62,993 nucleotides of DNA from Chara braunii (GCA_003427395.1 BFEA01000027.1:4895318-4958310), one strand, 5' to 3'; positions 12,545 to 25,295 are shown, numbered from the stretch's first letter. Translations and numbers: made by a program. Notes: generated by a model from the letters alone, not told the origin.

Positions 12545-14690
12545 TTTTCTTTTTTTTTCTTTTTTTTTTGGAAAGTTTAGCTTTGCATTACAATAATACA
12601 ACATTGGGACGAGGCCGGGGACCTCACAATTCGACCCGGAGTTATCCTGGCAGCCTCAGCCAGTTTCGCTTACGAGCCAGGCTCGAAATTACAACTGCTG
12701 GTCTATCTTTAACAATTCTACTGCTGGAAACCGGGTCCAGCGTCCCATGCTGAAAACCAAAAAATCTTTCCAAAAAAGGTAACACATGAAGCTCATTATA
12801 AAAAGGGACTGCATTTGCAGTCTAACTGTACTCTGTCCTGAAGGCATCTCTGCCACCTTTATCTATGAAGCTCATGAAATGTTCAGGGGGGCTTCAGCCA
12901 CTTGGCAATCCTCATCTTACCTTCAGTGGAGACCACTGCCAACTGGTTGTCCCGGGCCCAGGTTTTTAAGAACCAAGGGCGCCCTCTGCCTTGTCGACCG
13001 GAACTCCCTTTCCAGTCAGCCAAGATCATCAAACGTAGGTTTTTGCATATTTGGTTGCAAGATAACTGGAAATTAGGCTTTTCCCCTCTGAAGATCAGGG
13101 CATTTCTCGATCTCCATATTTCCTGCATCACGACCCCTCTGCAGACTAAGGCGACGTACCCCCAGCCCTCAGCGTATGTTATAGTCAAGCTAGGGAGAAG
13201 CCCAAACAATATCCAATCCTCATTCCAATCAAAGTTATTTTTTGTAAATAATTTCCAGTGTTTCCTTCACCAATCCCAAAGTTCTTCAGAGAGGGGGCAA
13301 TGGGTCCACAGATCGGCGTTAGATTCCCAGCCCCAATTGCAGCGCAGGCATATCATGGAGGTTTCCATACCCCTGGTGGCCAACCAGTGAGAGGTTGGGA
13401 CAACTTGTAGAGCTTGCATCCACAGCAGACCCGTTGACCTTTGAGATGGAATACGTAGAAGCGCCCACCACAAGGAGGGCCAATTCGGCTGAGAGACATC
13501 CTGTCCCTTCTGCTTCGCAAAACGGGAAGACGCCAATCCTGAAGGTGTACGAATAACTTGGGCTCGTAGAACACCAGCACCTGTTTTTGCCTTACAGTTC
13601 ATTAACGCTGTCACTTTCGGGTGTCCAGAGCCAGTTGCTTCCTCCTTCCACCCCAGCATCAGGGGCTCTATTCGGAACTGCTCAGCGTTGCCTAGACAGG
13701 ATGCCGTCTTGTTTCCCACCTGTACTCTGACTTCATCCAGTCCGAACGTTTCCATAACAGTTTTCTCCTGACCCTTAACAAGCGGGCCATCCTGGGATCT
13801 GGGGATCCCGATTTTCCATTCTTCCAGTCTGGTCCCAGACTCCAAATCCGGGCCTAAGACCTTCCAGACACAGGATGCATCATCATCAGATATTCTGATG
13901 TATTTCTCAAAGTTATAGACCAGTGGGACGGGAGAGCTGCTATCAGCAGAGACAGATTGGCCGTCACATTCCGCAGGTGAGATAATCGGGGACGTAACTA
14001 TTCAGCCGTGATCCAATCGTTTGTCTCATCATCCCATAGATGCTTGACCTGGACAATACCTCTCTCCATCCAAGCTCTCCCAAATTTTCCAGTACCCCCT
14101 CCTGCCGAAAAGCTCTCTTTTGAGGGGAGACATATCAGCGGGTTATCAAAAAGGCACTGGTTAGCTATCTCCATTTTGGTGATGGGATCCTTAATTGATG
14201 AGGGTCTCAGTTTGTTCCAGGCCAAGAAAATTCCCTGCCACACTCTAGACTTAATCTTCCGGTTGCAAAAGGAAGGCACTAGACTACAAATCCAAATGTG
14301 GTTTGGCTCCTCCAAGGACCATTCTGTGCTCAATATGTACTCAGCAAAGCGGATCCACAATTTCGATGAGTCATCAAACATTCCTTTAATGATCCATTTG
14401 GCTAGGAGCGCCCAATTTTGTGTCTGGGGGTCTATGATTCCCAGTCCCCCTTCTTGGCGGGGCTGGGCCACTGCTTCCCATGCAACTTTTGTTATGAAAC
14501 CCTGGTCTTCGTCGGCTGCTGGTTTCCAAAGATACCTGGCAGCAGCCTTTTTAATGTCAGAGTAATCCTCCTTGCCTAGCAAGCAGATTGACAGAGGAAA
14601 CCATAAAATCGAAAAGGCTGCACCAGGTAGGGCGAAAGCCCTTCCCCATTCACTTTTCTCGTCGAGCTCATCTTTGGACACCTGCGTTAT
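12545..14690 (-). mobile_element. 5'-truncated decayed L1/Tx1-like LINE with A-rich tail, inside the intron
   Basis: RT C-terminal signature KVAWEAVAQPRQEGGLGIIDP...ALLAKW, zf-RVT CLRC...E...DLWTHC, EIWRSRN. 3' motif at 12721-12746. T-run at 12545-12569 on the plus strand. Confidence 0.85.
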
Positions 14691-15051
14691 CTTCTAACAC
14701 AGATGTGCCGCCCCAGCCAAACTCCCCACCAGCTGACGATGTCCTTTTTTTTATTTTTTTTGAGAAAACTACCTAGGGCGCAGTCCTGGTTTTCAGTTTT
14801 AAATGCGTTTCAGTCACGATTTCGCTTCGCGAATGTTGTGCCAAACGTAGAGAGGAAAATCGTGAATGTATACAGCCCAGCTTTAGGGTTGGGTGGGGAT
14901 GTGTTGTATTGGAGGGATGCCTGAACTACATTTCAAACTAAAAATGCGACTGCGCTCTAGCTACACCCCACCCCTTTTTTTTTTTTTTTTTTTTTTTTTG
15001 AATGACAATGTCTTTTTTGGTTGGATCGGGCAGGTCACGAGGGCCTGCACC

Positions 15052-15211
15052 TTAAACCACCGGTACTTGGCCCAGCTATCATCGGCCCAAAAAAATAGAC
15101 TAGAAACGTTTCTAGTCGCGGATGAATTTGGGCGCTCCTGTAGTGGCCCGTACATTTCCTGAAATCGTGGCGCGTTAATGGGCACCACTCTAGAAAGTAC
15201 CAGTGGTTTAA
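15052..15211. mobile_element. TTAA-flanked MITE
   Basis: ttaa|accaccggtactt ... aagtaccagtggt|ttaa. Confidence 0.75.
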
Positions 15212-15212
15212 A

Positions 15213-15356
15213 ATTTTGGACCACTTCTCCATTTAAGCGTGTCGTTCTTGATTGCGCAGGGGCCATGCTAATTTTTTATTATTATTTTTTTAATGACAAT
15301 TTTCATTCTCTCTATCGTTTGCATTTTTTTTTTTTTTTAGGGATGCCCCGAAGGAC
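15213..15356 (-). pseudogene. U6: U6 snRNA copy B (degenerate, with A-rich insertions)
   Basis: ttggaccacttctccatttaagcgtgtc...gcgcaggggccatgctaa[T-rich insert]tcattctctctatcgttt...ggatgccccgaaggac. Confidence 0.8.
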
Positions 15357-15393
15357 AGCAAGGGAATTTTTATTCTTTTTTTTTTTGTTTTTT

Positions 15394-15535
15394 GAGGTAT
15401 CATCATTGAGCTGACCGCCCCAGGTAATTCAGAACTATTTTATTCTGTCAATCTGATTGCACCTGGATTCGAACTTGGGTCTGATTCATATTTCAACAGT
15501 TCATGGGTGCGGTCCCAACTGAGCTACCGTAGGCC
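15394..15535 (-). mobile_element. tRNA-derived SINE upstream of U6 copy B
   Basis: A box TAGCTCAGTTGG (about 15526-15515), B box GTTCGAATCC (15474-15465), same body as the other copies. Confidence 0.8.
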
Positions 15536-16054
15536 TTTTTTTTTTTTTCTTTTTTTTTATTACCTGTTGTTACATCAGGGGATTTTTACCCTGTGGGCTG
15601 AAGGCGAACTTACATTAGGACTTTCTGGGGATGAATGTACCCGTGAGCAAAATTACGGTCAGATTCATACAAACAAATCCAACCTTGAGTGCTTGTCAAA
15701 AAACCTCTAGCCTGCTGACACAAGTACGTCGGCGAGAGTCTGACTGTACGGTCTATTGCAAAGCCTGTGCTCCCCTCCCCTCCCCTCCCCTCCCCTCCCC
15801 TCCGCTTCCCCCTCTCATTGGCGGCCGGGTTAGAGCAAACGGCTGTTAACAGTGTTAAACCTCCTCGTTCTTAGGCCGTTAACGCGGTGGCTTAACGGCG
15901 GTGGCTGAGTCGGTGCGCCGCGGGGGNCCATATGCATTTGCGTCAGAGCCTCTCCAGAGGGGGGGGCTCAGACCCCCTGGCCCCTGGGGTAATGATGGTT
16001 TAATTGCGCCGATTTTTTTAGTTTTCGGTTTTTTTAGTTTTCAGTTTTTTTTAA

Positions 16055-16206
16055 AGGGCCACGGCTTTGGGATATCATAATTGAACTGACGAGCCCCAGC
16101 AGGTAATTCAGAGTGATTTTGATCTGGTCATCTGGTTGCATCGGGATTCGAACTGGGGTCTGTGTATTTCAACAGTTCATGGGGGTGTACCAGCTGAGCC
16201 GATTTT
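16055..16206 (-). mobile_element. tRNA-derived SINE (same family)
   Basis: ggctcagctggtacacc...gaactgttgaaatacacagaccccagttcgaatccc...tctgaattacctg...caattatgatatccc. Confidence 0.75.
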
Positions 16207-16238
16207 TTTTTATTTTTTTATTTTTTATTTTTTTTTGT

Positions 16239-16375
16239 AATTTGGACCATTTCTCGATTTATGCGTGTCATCCTTGCGCAGGGGCCATGCTAATCTTTTT
16301 TTTTTTTTTTTTTTTTTGGCCATGCTAATCTTCATTCTCTGTATCGCTCCAAATTGAACGGATGTCCTGAAGGAC
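16239..16375 (-). pseudogene. U6: Retroposed U6 copy C with A-rich tail, 13-bp TSD and an internal poly(A) insertion
   Basis: Near-perfect plant U6 3' half. TSD ctgagccgatttt at 16194-16206 and 16377-16389. T-rich tract at 16203-16236. Internal duplication ggccatgctaatctt flanks a T run. Confidence 0.92.
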
Positions 16376-16583
16376 ACTGAGCCGATTTTGGCAATAGCTC
16401 TACCACGCAAATTCTGAGTGTTGCGACCCATTCGTGCTTTGAAACTTCTTGAAAATGCCAATTTTTCTTTTTCTTTTTTCTTCTTTCTTTTTCTTTTTTC
16501 TTCTTTCTTTTTCTTTTTTCTTCTTTCTTTTTGTTGTTCCCATTGCTGTTTGATCAATGATATGTTACCGATCAATCCAGACC

Positions 16584-16647
<64 letters not shown>

Positions 16648-16777
16648 GGAAATGTTGTCGGATTCGAGTTGGACTTCCCCTACCACTGGTACATTGATTT
16701 TTGGATGAACAAATCAAGGATTGGTTTCGCATTTTAAGCTTAGTTCTTTCCCGGGGAGAGACCCAAAGGAGAGGGAC

Positions 16778-16815
<38 letters not shown>

Positions 16816-16908
16816 GTCGAGTTATTGCTGGGCTGCTCGGAGAATGGCAAAATTACTTATCCCGACAGCTACCCTGCTAATTATGAACCTTTTTTTTTAA
16901 CCAATTTG

Positions 16909-17016
16909 TGGACCATTTCTCGATTTATGCGTGTCATCGTTGCGCAGGGGCCATGCCAATCTTCTCTGTGTCATTCCCAGTGTTTTTTTTTTTTAATGAC
17001 GGATGTCCAGAAGGAC
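16909..17016 (-). pseudogene. U6: U6 snRNA copy D (canonical ACAGAGAAGATT spacing)
   Basis: tggaccatttctcgatttatgcgtgtcatcgttgcgcaggggccatgccaatcttctctgtg...ggatgtccagaaggac. Possible TSD aaccaattt/aactaattt. Confidence 0.85.
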
Positions 17017-17248
17017 AAACTAATTTAAATCAATTTGTTATTTTTCTATTTCTCTTTTTTTTTTTTTAAACTGATCATTCTTACTCGTCAACTATTACTG
17101 AATGTAGGAATAGGAAAAAAAAAAAAAAATGTAGGAATAGGAATAAGCCAAAGAAAACAAAAGCCCCATCACCGTTCTTTTTTTTCTTTTTTCTTTTTTT
17201 TTTTCTTTTTTTCTCCCTTCTCCCGAGCCCTGTCATCGTGAATCTCAC

Positions 17249-17640
17249 CTGCGGGTTTCTACAGTAATGATGGTCTGGTGGGGGTCCCCACCGTTCCCAT
17301 TCCCCAGTTCTTGCTCCCATTGGTCCTGCTCTTCTCCCTCCTCCTGGCCGTCGAGCGACGTCAGCTGATTTCGATCATCTCCGCCAACTGCGCGACGCGC
17401 TAGCAGGCGCGCCGCAAGCGGTGTCGCGACAGCCGCTCGTTGTGCGGCGCCGAAGCACTCCTGCTGCTGCTCGGCTCTTGAGAGCGCCAGGAAGCCGATG
17501 GGATCCGCCGCACAGCTGTCGCGACGAACGGCAGCTCTGGTCAGCGACGCACGCGATGGCTTCGTGTGCGACACCACACCGGCTGCCGCGGAAGCCAGAG
17601 CGGCAGCCGCAGGAATGCTCATTGCTGCAGCGGCAGCCAT
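17249..17640 (-). CDS. Exon 1 of the thylakoid-lumen protein (chloroplast transit peptide)
   Basis: ATG at 17640, Ala/Ser/Arg-rich N-terminus, GC-rich, donor AG|gtgag at 17249/17248 (phase 2). The spliced CDS is 789 nt (262 aa) and creates the ETRRSFL twin-arginine motif. Confidence 0.85.
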
Positions 17641-17959
17641 AGCTGGATATCGCCCCAGACCTCACCAGTCACCCTGCCGTTAGACAAAATCTCGATCAGG
17701 GAAAGACGACGGCCGCGATGACAACAACGAAAGCATCGACAGATAAGCGCACCGTCGCAATCTCTATCCGATCGACCAAATCGAATCGAAATCGGACCGG
17801 GGCCGGGTCCACGGAAACAGGTCGTAAGGCGGGAGGCCGGCGACGGGTTGGGATGAAGGGGAAGACAGGTAACCATTGATAACCAGCCGCGAGTTCAACT
17901 CTCTTGCATTCCATAATTTCGGAAGGTAACCAATTTTAGAAGGTAACGTTCTTCCGTGC

Positions 17960-18303
17960 ATGCCTGAGTTGCACCCGCGTAGTGGTGGGTTCAAAGCCCG
18001 ACTTGAGCGGAATATCTCCTCATCCCCCTTCGTCCGTTTGAGTAGGCATGTGCTTGTATGCCCGAGTTGCACCTGAGACGTCCTGGGTTCAAGGCTTGTT
18101 ACTTCACACGGCGATATCTCATGGTCCCCCCTTTTGGACCGTTCGAGTTGTACCTGAGAGGTGGTGGGTTCGATGCTCGTAGCTTCACTGTGATATCTCC
18201 TGGTTGGAATATTTGGTGAGGACATGAGACATACTGTTCAGTTTAGCTATGTTTCGATCTGGTGAGGACATGAGACATACTGTTCAGTTTAGCTATGTTT
18301 CGA
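17960..18303. repeat. Tandem repeats upstream of the lumen-protein gene
   Basis: gagttg(c/t)acc...tgggttc unit x3 (17966, 18064, 18145). 44-bp tggtgaggacatgagacatactgttcagtttagctatgtttcga x2. Confidence 0.75.
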
Positions 18304-18629
18304 ACAGTTTTTAAGTTTGGCTGTAGGTGAACAATTCGGCACTCCTGGGAGCTAGTCATGATTGCACAGTTTGCCTACCAACCTGGGGCTAGGGGCTAGG
18401 GCTTGTTGATATATATAAAGGCCAGGGACCTGTGGCTATATTTCAACTTTCATCCATCTACTGTCACCATGGGTGAAGAGGATCTGTTGATGATGGAATT
18501 GATGAGGTCGACGGTGTCGAGCGGCACATCGACCCCCGCGCGAGCGAGGGCCCTCCCGACCGCTCTTAGGCTTTCGACCTTTTAGAGACAACTCCGGGAC
18601 GACACGGTAACCCCCGTAGACCCTTCGCC

Positions 18630-18975
18630 GCTCCCGTCGAGTGCGCCACCTGTACATCCCGCGGTCCCCTACGACAGGATAGGTTCTCACGGGGCACACC
18701 TTACCTTCCCTACGGGGCTGTCACCACCCTTAGGGGCGTATCCCGCCGAGCTACCAGCCCACGTGGGAAGGCTTTTATGATGCAATTGCAGAGGTAGGCC
18801 GGTCGAGGGCATTTGCTCGTTCGCCGTAGCATAGGTGCGAGCGGTTAAACGCCAAAACGGACCCGAGCGCCGTCCGTCCCTGGGGCGCTGATCTCCAAGG
18901 AATCGGACCGACGTCGGTCGACTAGGACGTGATGACCTAAGCATAAGGAAATCTCAATCAATCCTAGTCCCTTCT
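18630..18975 (+). repeat. Left copy of a diverged ~340-bp inverted repeat
   Basis: Reverse complement of 29465-29815 (e.g. gctgtcaccacccttaggggcgtatccc / gggatacgcccctaagggtggtgacagc). Confidence 0.85.
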
Positions 18976-21324
18976 TTCAAACACAGTCAAGAGTTACTCA
19001 GACAAAACACTTTCAAATAAAGAAGACTCAGGTCAACGTAAGTTGACTTATCTTTTGAAATCAATTCATACATAATACAATCATGCATACCACTCGTTCA
19101 TATCAAATCAATAAAGGTTGACTTGACCTGTCATCCAACGACGAGCAAACATGAGTTGACTTGACTTCAAATAACACTTATCAACAGAAGGATAAAAGCA
19201 TGACTAACATGCAACTTGAAAGCGACGCTTGAATACCGTTTGATCAAATCATTTTCATTTCGTCTGCCATATGGCTAGGCCGACATAACCTTTAACTCGG
19301 TGAGATGCGTTGCCAAGTTTTTTTAGTCCATACCACACTGACTGCTAGCAAAGAAATGTTGACATCCCAACTTCCAAGCAGAGCTAAGATGTTATCGCTT
19401 TAGTGATGATTTCGCTTTCACTCTAACTTTGATGTGAATGACATCTGCAAGTAATCCACAAGTTAGCGGCCGACTTGAACAACCAAAATACTGGACAGTC
19501 CATGCGCAGTCACGCCGGATCGACCCCGCAAGAGAACCGACGCTTGAGGCGCTGATCTCCCAAGCGCGGCCCTATACCAATCGACTAGGACATCTAAATG
19601 ATCACGCGTCTTACTCTTTCAAAAGCATCATCTTTAAGCATGACTTTCTACACCTAGTCCCTTTGCAAACAATCCAACCCATAACTCGAAATGCACGCAG
19701 ACATCAAACCATGGCCTACACGAACTTGAAAATGTATAAGAGGAACGTGCATGTGAAGGAGGTCATCACACTCAGTCATGCGTACTCACACGATCGATTG
19801 TCGTGGGGACGCTTCACGTGTTACCCACAATCGTGCAACCTTTCATAGGTTTCATAACTGCACACAACACTCAAGTGTCGAAAATGAAATATCGTGAAGG
19901 ATGCCTCCTTCTCGATGTAGAACGATTAAAGGATAAGTCGTCCAGCCCTCACGACGTCTCTGGCTTCTAGACAGAGCGCGGCGATGGGCAAGGAGTAAGT
20001 GTCCAACATATATGGGGAGCCCTCATGTGCTGGAGAAGAATCTAGAATACCTTGGATAAAAACCTCAAATTTTAGATTCAGAACTAACGTCCGACCAATA
20101 ATTCAACTAGTAAGCCCTTCAAATTCCAACCTATATCTTGATGGATAAAAAACAGAGGTACACATAGATGCATATTAAACTCATAAGAAAGAGAGAGGTT
20201 TGTGTGGGAACTAGGGGAGACCATCTCTTTACCCGTGCGACTCATTCATTCATTCACAATCATTCACCGTTTTAGTATGAAAGACAAGATCAAGCTCCAA
20301 AAATACATACATGCAGTACATACAGATTGTCAAAACACATTTTATGCACTAATGGAGTCAACCTCACAATTTCTCTGTAACTCACGCCCGCTCAACTCAC
20401 ACAAAAACCCTCAACTATTATTTGGTTTCCAAAATGATAGTTGACCCCTTTTGAATGACCTTTTTAAAAGAAACGGGGTAAAATTCCAGGAAAATCCCAA
20501 ACCTACAAGGTTAAGTTTTTAGGTTTAACATACAAAAGTAGGTAAAAGCTGAGTTGCAAACGGACCTGCCATCAATCGATAGCAGAAATGATGAAGTCCA
20601 AAAAGTTTCAAAGATACTTGCAGGCAGCGGTGACCTGTGTCATAAAACCAAAGCAGATGTCACATGCGGAGTTATCGGAAATCAACTCCGTATCGCATAC
20701 CCAACTATCTACGATAGCGTTCATTAACGATATTAAACCAATAAAATTTTGGGCAGCACTTCCACTAAAAGTTTACTCGAATAATATTTACTAAGTTAAA
20801 TATAAAGAAAAAAACTTATGAATCAAATGTTATCTTAGTAAAAATAAGCTAACTCTTTGGTTTTAGTAAAAATTTCGGTAACACTTCCCTTAGCAAGAAA
20901 GGTTTTTAAGATTTCTACTGACTTCAACGATTAAGAAAAAAATAAAGTATGAATGTTAAAAAAAAAAAAACAATGCAGTAATAAAAATAGACGACTACCT
21001 GCGTATAGCTTAAGCACAAGCTGGGCACTACCAGACTAAGCTATTGAAATGAAATGACAAAGCTGATGAACGAAAAACAGAATGCATGAACAAAATTTAA
21101 ATCAACTACAGAAAGCAAGGGTTTATTGATTAAAACTCGTCTTTGCATTAATATGTGCAGACCCTTTCCTCAAAAAAATATCATATATATGAATTAATAA
21201 GTGTTAACGTCTCTAAAGTTGTTCTCATCGAAAAATATGCAAATAATTGACGCACTCACCTAGACTGTTTCACAAGAAGACGTATGGACTTTTAAACAAG
21301 CAAACGACTGGACTATGATAGCAA

Positions 21325-22275
21325 AGCGTCCAGATCAATCGATACGACATAGTGTCCAAACCCATTCAACCTTTTGTACAAACAAGAACAAACGGATCAG
21401 TCGATGCGACATCCGATCCAGACTCGTTTCAAGCTTTCGAAAAAATGTTAACAAACGTCCGGATCAGTCGATGCGACATCACATCTAGACTCATTTCAAG
21501 TTTTCAGGCAAATGTTAACAACAACAGAAAAATTTTCTAGAATTAAATAATCATTCTAGAGTAAAATTACATTCTAAATTTTAAATTTTCATTCCATCTT
21601 AAAAAATGTCATTCCAATTTTAAAATTTTTCGTCTTACTTGAAAACTTTCCTTCCAATAATGGGGTATCCTTTCTTATTTGAACTGCATTCTAGAGATGG
21701 ATTGACAGTCTGGATGAGTTCATAAAATATTTTAATTAGATTATCATTCTAAGTAAGGATTTCCAGTCATAAATAGGTTAATCCAATATAAATTAGAAGA
21801 TATTTGTTGTAGTAGAATGAAAGTTTAATTAAAACATTTCATAAACTCGTCCAGACTTTCATTCCATCTTGAACAAATAGATGTAGTTGGAAGGGAAAAT
21901 TCACATTTAGACAGGAACTTATCAAATTAAATTGAAAATTTTAGAATTGGACGAACATTGGAATGTGAATTTATAAATATGAAGAATTTTTTTTTAATGA
22001 AAATTTTTTTTCACTTCCATTTCTCGTGGAATTTTTTTTGTTGAAATCGTCCTGATCAGTCGATGGGACACCATACACGTTTTGAACTTTCAAGCAAACG
22101 TCAACAAATCAGTCGATGCGACATCATATTCAAACTCATTTCAAGCTTTTAGGCAAACACAAAAAAAACGTCAAGATTAGTTGATGCGACATTATATCCA
22201 GACTCGCTTCAAGCTTTCACAAGTAACCAAAGCAAATCCTCCGGATCAGTTGATACGACTTCATGTCCAAACCCA
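21325..22275. repeat. Array of about 7 degenerate gatcagtcgatgcgacat...cagactc.tttcaagcttt units, split by an AT-rich foldback insertion
   Basis: Units near 21329, 21393, 21460, 22050, 22105, 22173 and 22241. Inverted pair agtctggatgagttt / aaactcgtccagact at about 21707 and 21843. Confidence 0.7.
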
Positions 22276-23849
22276 TTCAGATCATCGCATGCAAAAATCA
22301 TGACTTTTCACCACAGGAAGATGAATTAATCATACATAGTAAATTTCCTCTCTGATTCAATTAAAGTCATGAATTAATGTCAAGGAATATACAAAAAGTC
22401 AAAAACTCAATCAAACCAAATGAAGGGTAGTATAGATAGGGGTATACAAAATCCTAACGGAGATCGAGTCAGCCTACCTCAAAGTTTTCTGCCTCCAGGG
22501 TCTCGTGTGAACCCCGACAGAGCTCCCGCAATCACGTAGGCTCTTGAGGTCCCACGGAGAAAGTCAAAGTACAGTCTAGTCATGATGGGATTGTGCTAGT
22601 TGTTCTCCTCCCTGAAGCCTTACAAGGAAATCAAACAGTAAGAAGGAAAGAAAAGACACTCGGTTGCTCAAGATTCAAGGAGATTCACTCGGGATCCTCA
22701 CGAGAGGGCCTTCAGTAAAGTAAGTCGTATAGACGTAGTCAGGTCCCGAAGTCAATAACACGTTAACTTTAGCCAGCGACAACAAGAAAAAAAAAAAAAA
22801 AAAAAAAATCCAACTTGTACGTTCCAATTACTAAGTCCCCCTCTCCGAAAACAATAATTATCTCATGAACCTCCACAGTCCATCCGGGCAAGGACCGACC
22901 AATCGTTCCGCCACTAAAGCTTGAGCTTTAAAACATGACCGCCTCGTTTCACCAGGGCTGCAATAAATTGATGTAGACCATCAACATGAGTGTCAGCAAT
23001 ATGTAATAGCACCTCAAGGTGATACCTTCTCGTGACCATCTCCACCGCACCTAAAGCACTCCTATTGTAAGTGACTATCAGTCGAACAATACAACAATGC
23101 ATCCCCGTTCCTTGCGTCGATCAAAGCGGCATCCCTGTTGAGTTAATCAAGATGGTTTTTCCACCTTACGCAGGTGGTACGCCCCAGCCTCCAAGAGTTG
23201 GCAGCCCCGCGGGCCAAATCAGCAGGCCCCCAGATCAAAGTGAACCCCAAGTTCAATCCTGATTGCATACACTAGCTTGGATCCGCTATTCACTGTGGTG
23301 TAAAATGAGAGTGAATCTTCTGTTGGAACAGAGAATGATGCATAGCATTTTATTTATTTCATTATTATTTCCTCATCCTCGCGTCGCCATTCCGATCCCT
23401 CTCATCGAGCTCTCTTCTTTCCTCACTAACACACGATAGTCCACTGAACTCTCATGACCAACCTCTTCCGCTAGTTTCCTGCTCATCTGGCAAGTACCAT
23501 GATCAGACCATTCAGGGAATGCAACTCGATCGCCTAAGAGGAAAGACCATGGTGGTGATCAGTGTCACAATAGGAGCAACAGTATGATAGTGACCACAAG
23601 TTTGCAGCGGCAACAACGATTTTGAAGTAGCAACTCCGCTCGCAGTTTAGGAGAGAGGGCCCAAGTGGTGTGACCGAGAGGCTTGCCCCATTGTTCGCGA
23701 ACACGTGCTAAATGGAACAAATCTTTCGCTAGTTCCTAGACAGATACACCGTCAAACTCCCTGCCTGACTAATATGTCATTTGGAGCCGCAATATGGCTT
23801 TCGACCTATCTCGTGTTGCCACCTCGGTTGTGCAGGTGTGCACTCCCCT

Positions 23850-23896
<47 letters not shown>

Positions 23897-24110
23897 NNNN
23901 NNNNNNNNNNNNNNNNNNNNNNNNNNNNNNNNNNNNNNNNNNNNNNNNNNNNNNNNNNNNNNNNNNNNNNNNNNNNNNNNNNNNNNNNNNNNNNNNNNNN
24001 NNNNNNNNNNNNNNNNNNNNNNNNNNNNNNNNNNNNNNNNNNNNNNNNNNNNNNNNNNNNNNNNNNNNNNNNNNNNNNNNNNNNNNNNNNNNNNNNNNNN
24101 NNNNNNNNNN

Positions 24111-24181
<71 letters not shown>

Positions 24182-25233
24182 GCACACATACACACACACA
24201 CAGACGAACACACACACACACACACACAAACATGAGTCCACTTTCCGAGTGCACCCGATCGCCTTTGTCGTTCGATACATTCAAGATATGTAGGCATGGA
24301 GCATGATCAAGACAGACACAACGACCGCCGAGATGAGGGTGATTACAATGATCTCACTGTGTCCCGCAACAAAAACAAACGCAATCACCACAATGAACAC
24401 CATTAGGCCCGAGCACTAACACCATAAGTAGCGTTGTCAGGGCAAATACCCTTGTCAGGGTATTTGCTAGGGTTTTTCAACGTCGGACGTTGTCCATTTT
24501 TTTCGTTGGATTGAAGGACTTTATGAGACTCACGTTTGCCAAAAGTTTATTCAGACATGACCTATGACTGAGAGACTAAAAGTTTTCGAGCTTTAGTTCG
24601 AACGCTTGTGGCGTCCGAGAGTAACGACAGTAACTAGCAGTGCTTCGTTTTTGTCGAAGCCGCAGAAGAGCGCGGACATGGGAACGCTAAAGTTAGACTT
24701 ATTCTACCTAAAATAATGTCATGCGGCTTGGCAACCGTGCGATTCAGGGCCTAAGTAGGCTAAAAAGAAGGATGCACTGGGTATAGGGCCGCGGCGCAGG
24801 GGGAATAGGAAAAAGGGTTTTCATTTCCTGGGCCACGGGGATTGACATCGAGTCAGGGGGTCGATAGGCCGATGTCGAGGTCACGCGCCCAACCGACGCG
24901 ACAGGGCCTGCCAGCAAAGCCTATTAGGCTTCAGGCAGGTAGGATCTGCAGAGTCTCAGGTAGGCAGGGTACGCAAGGCCACGGGCAAGGAGAATGGTTG
25001 GGGCGAAGCTCTTCTTATAAAAGAGTTGCTCCTATCACTATTGTGATAGGAGCTAGCCCAGTAGGTTACAATGCCAGACTTTTGCCCAACAGATACCAGG
25101 ATCAAGCCCGACTGCACGCATCCTATTGGGCCATCTCCCAACTCCTTTTGGAGCAGCCCAAGCAGTTGGGCGCAGCCGATTTCGGTTGCGCGATCATCAA
25201 GATCACGCGGCTGAAATCAGTCGCGCGCAATTC

Positions 25234-25295
25234 AGCATGGCCCCTGTGCTTTCAAGGATGACACGCCTAAATCGAGAAACGGTCCAATTTTTTTT
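25234..25295 (+). pseudogene. U6: U6 snRNA 3' half (copy E)
   Basis: agcatggcccctgtgctttcaaggatgacacgcctaaatcgagaaacggtccaatttttttt. Confidence 0.8.

Noticed and set aside
15394-15535. SINE heads as genuine tRNA genes
   Set aside because: A and B boxes are present, but there is no consistent cloverleaf or anticodon arm and the copies are divergent.
21060-21080. CTGATGAacGAAA minimal hammerhead-like core
   Set aside because: No stem II and no complementary stems I or III. Similar rejects at about 3105, 29081 and 56853.
21325-22275. CRISPR-like repeat-spacer array
   Set aside because: Degenerate repeats, related spacers, irregular period, eukaryotic context and no cas genes.
22400-23300. Possible decayed retrotransposon coding region
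   Set aside because: No diagnostic motif could be read with confidence.
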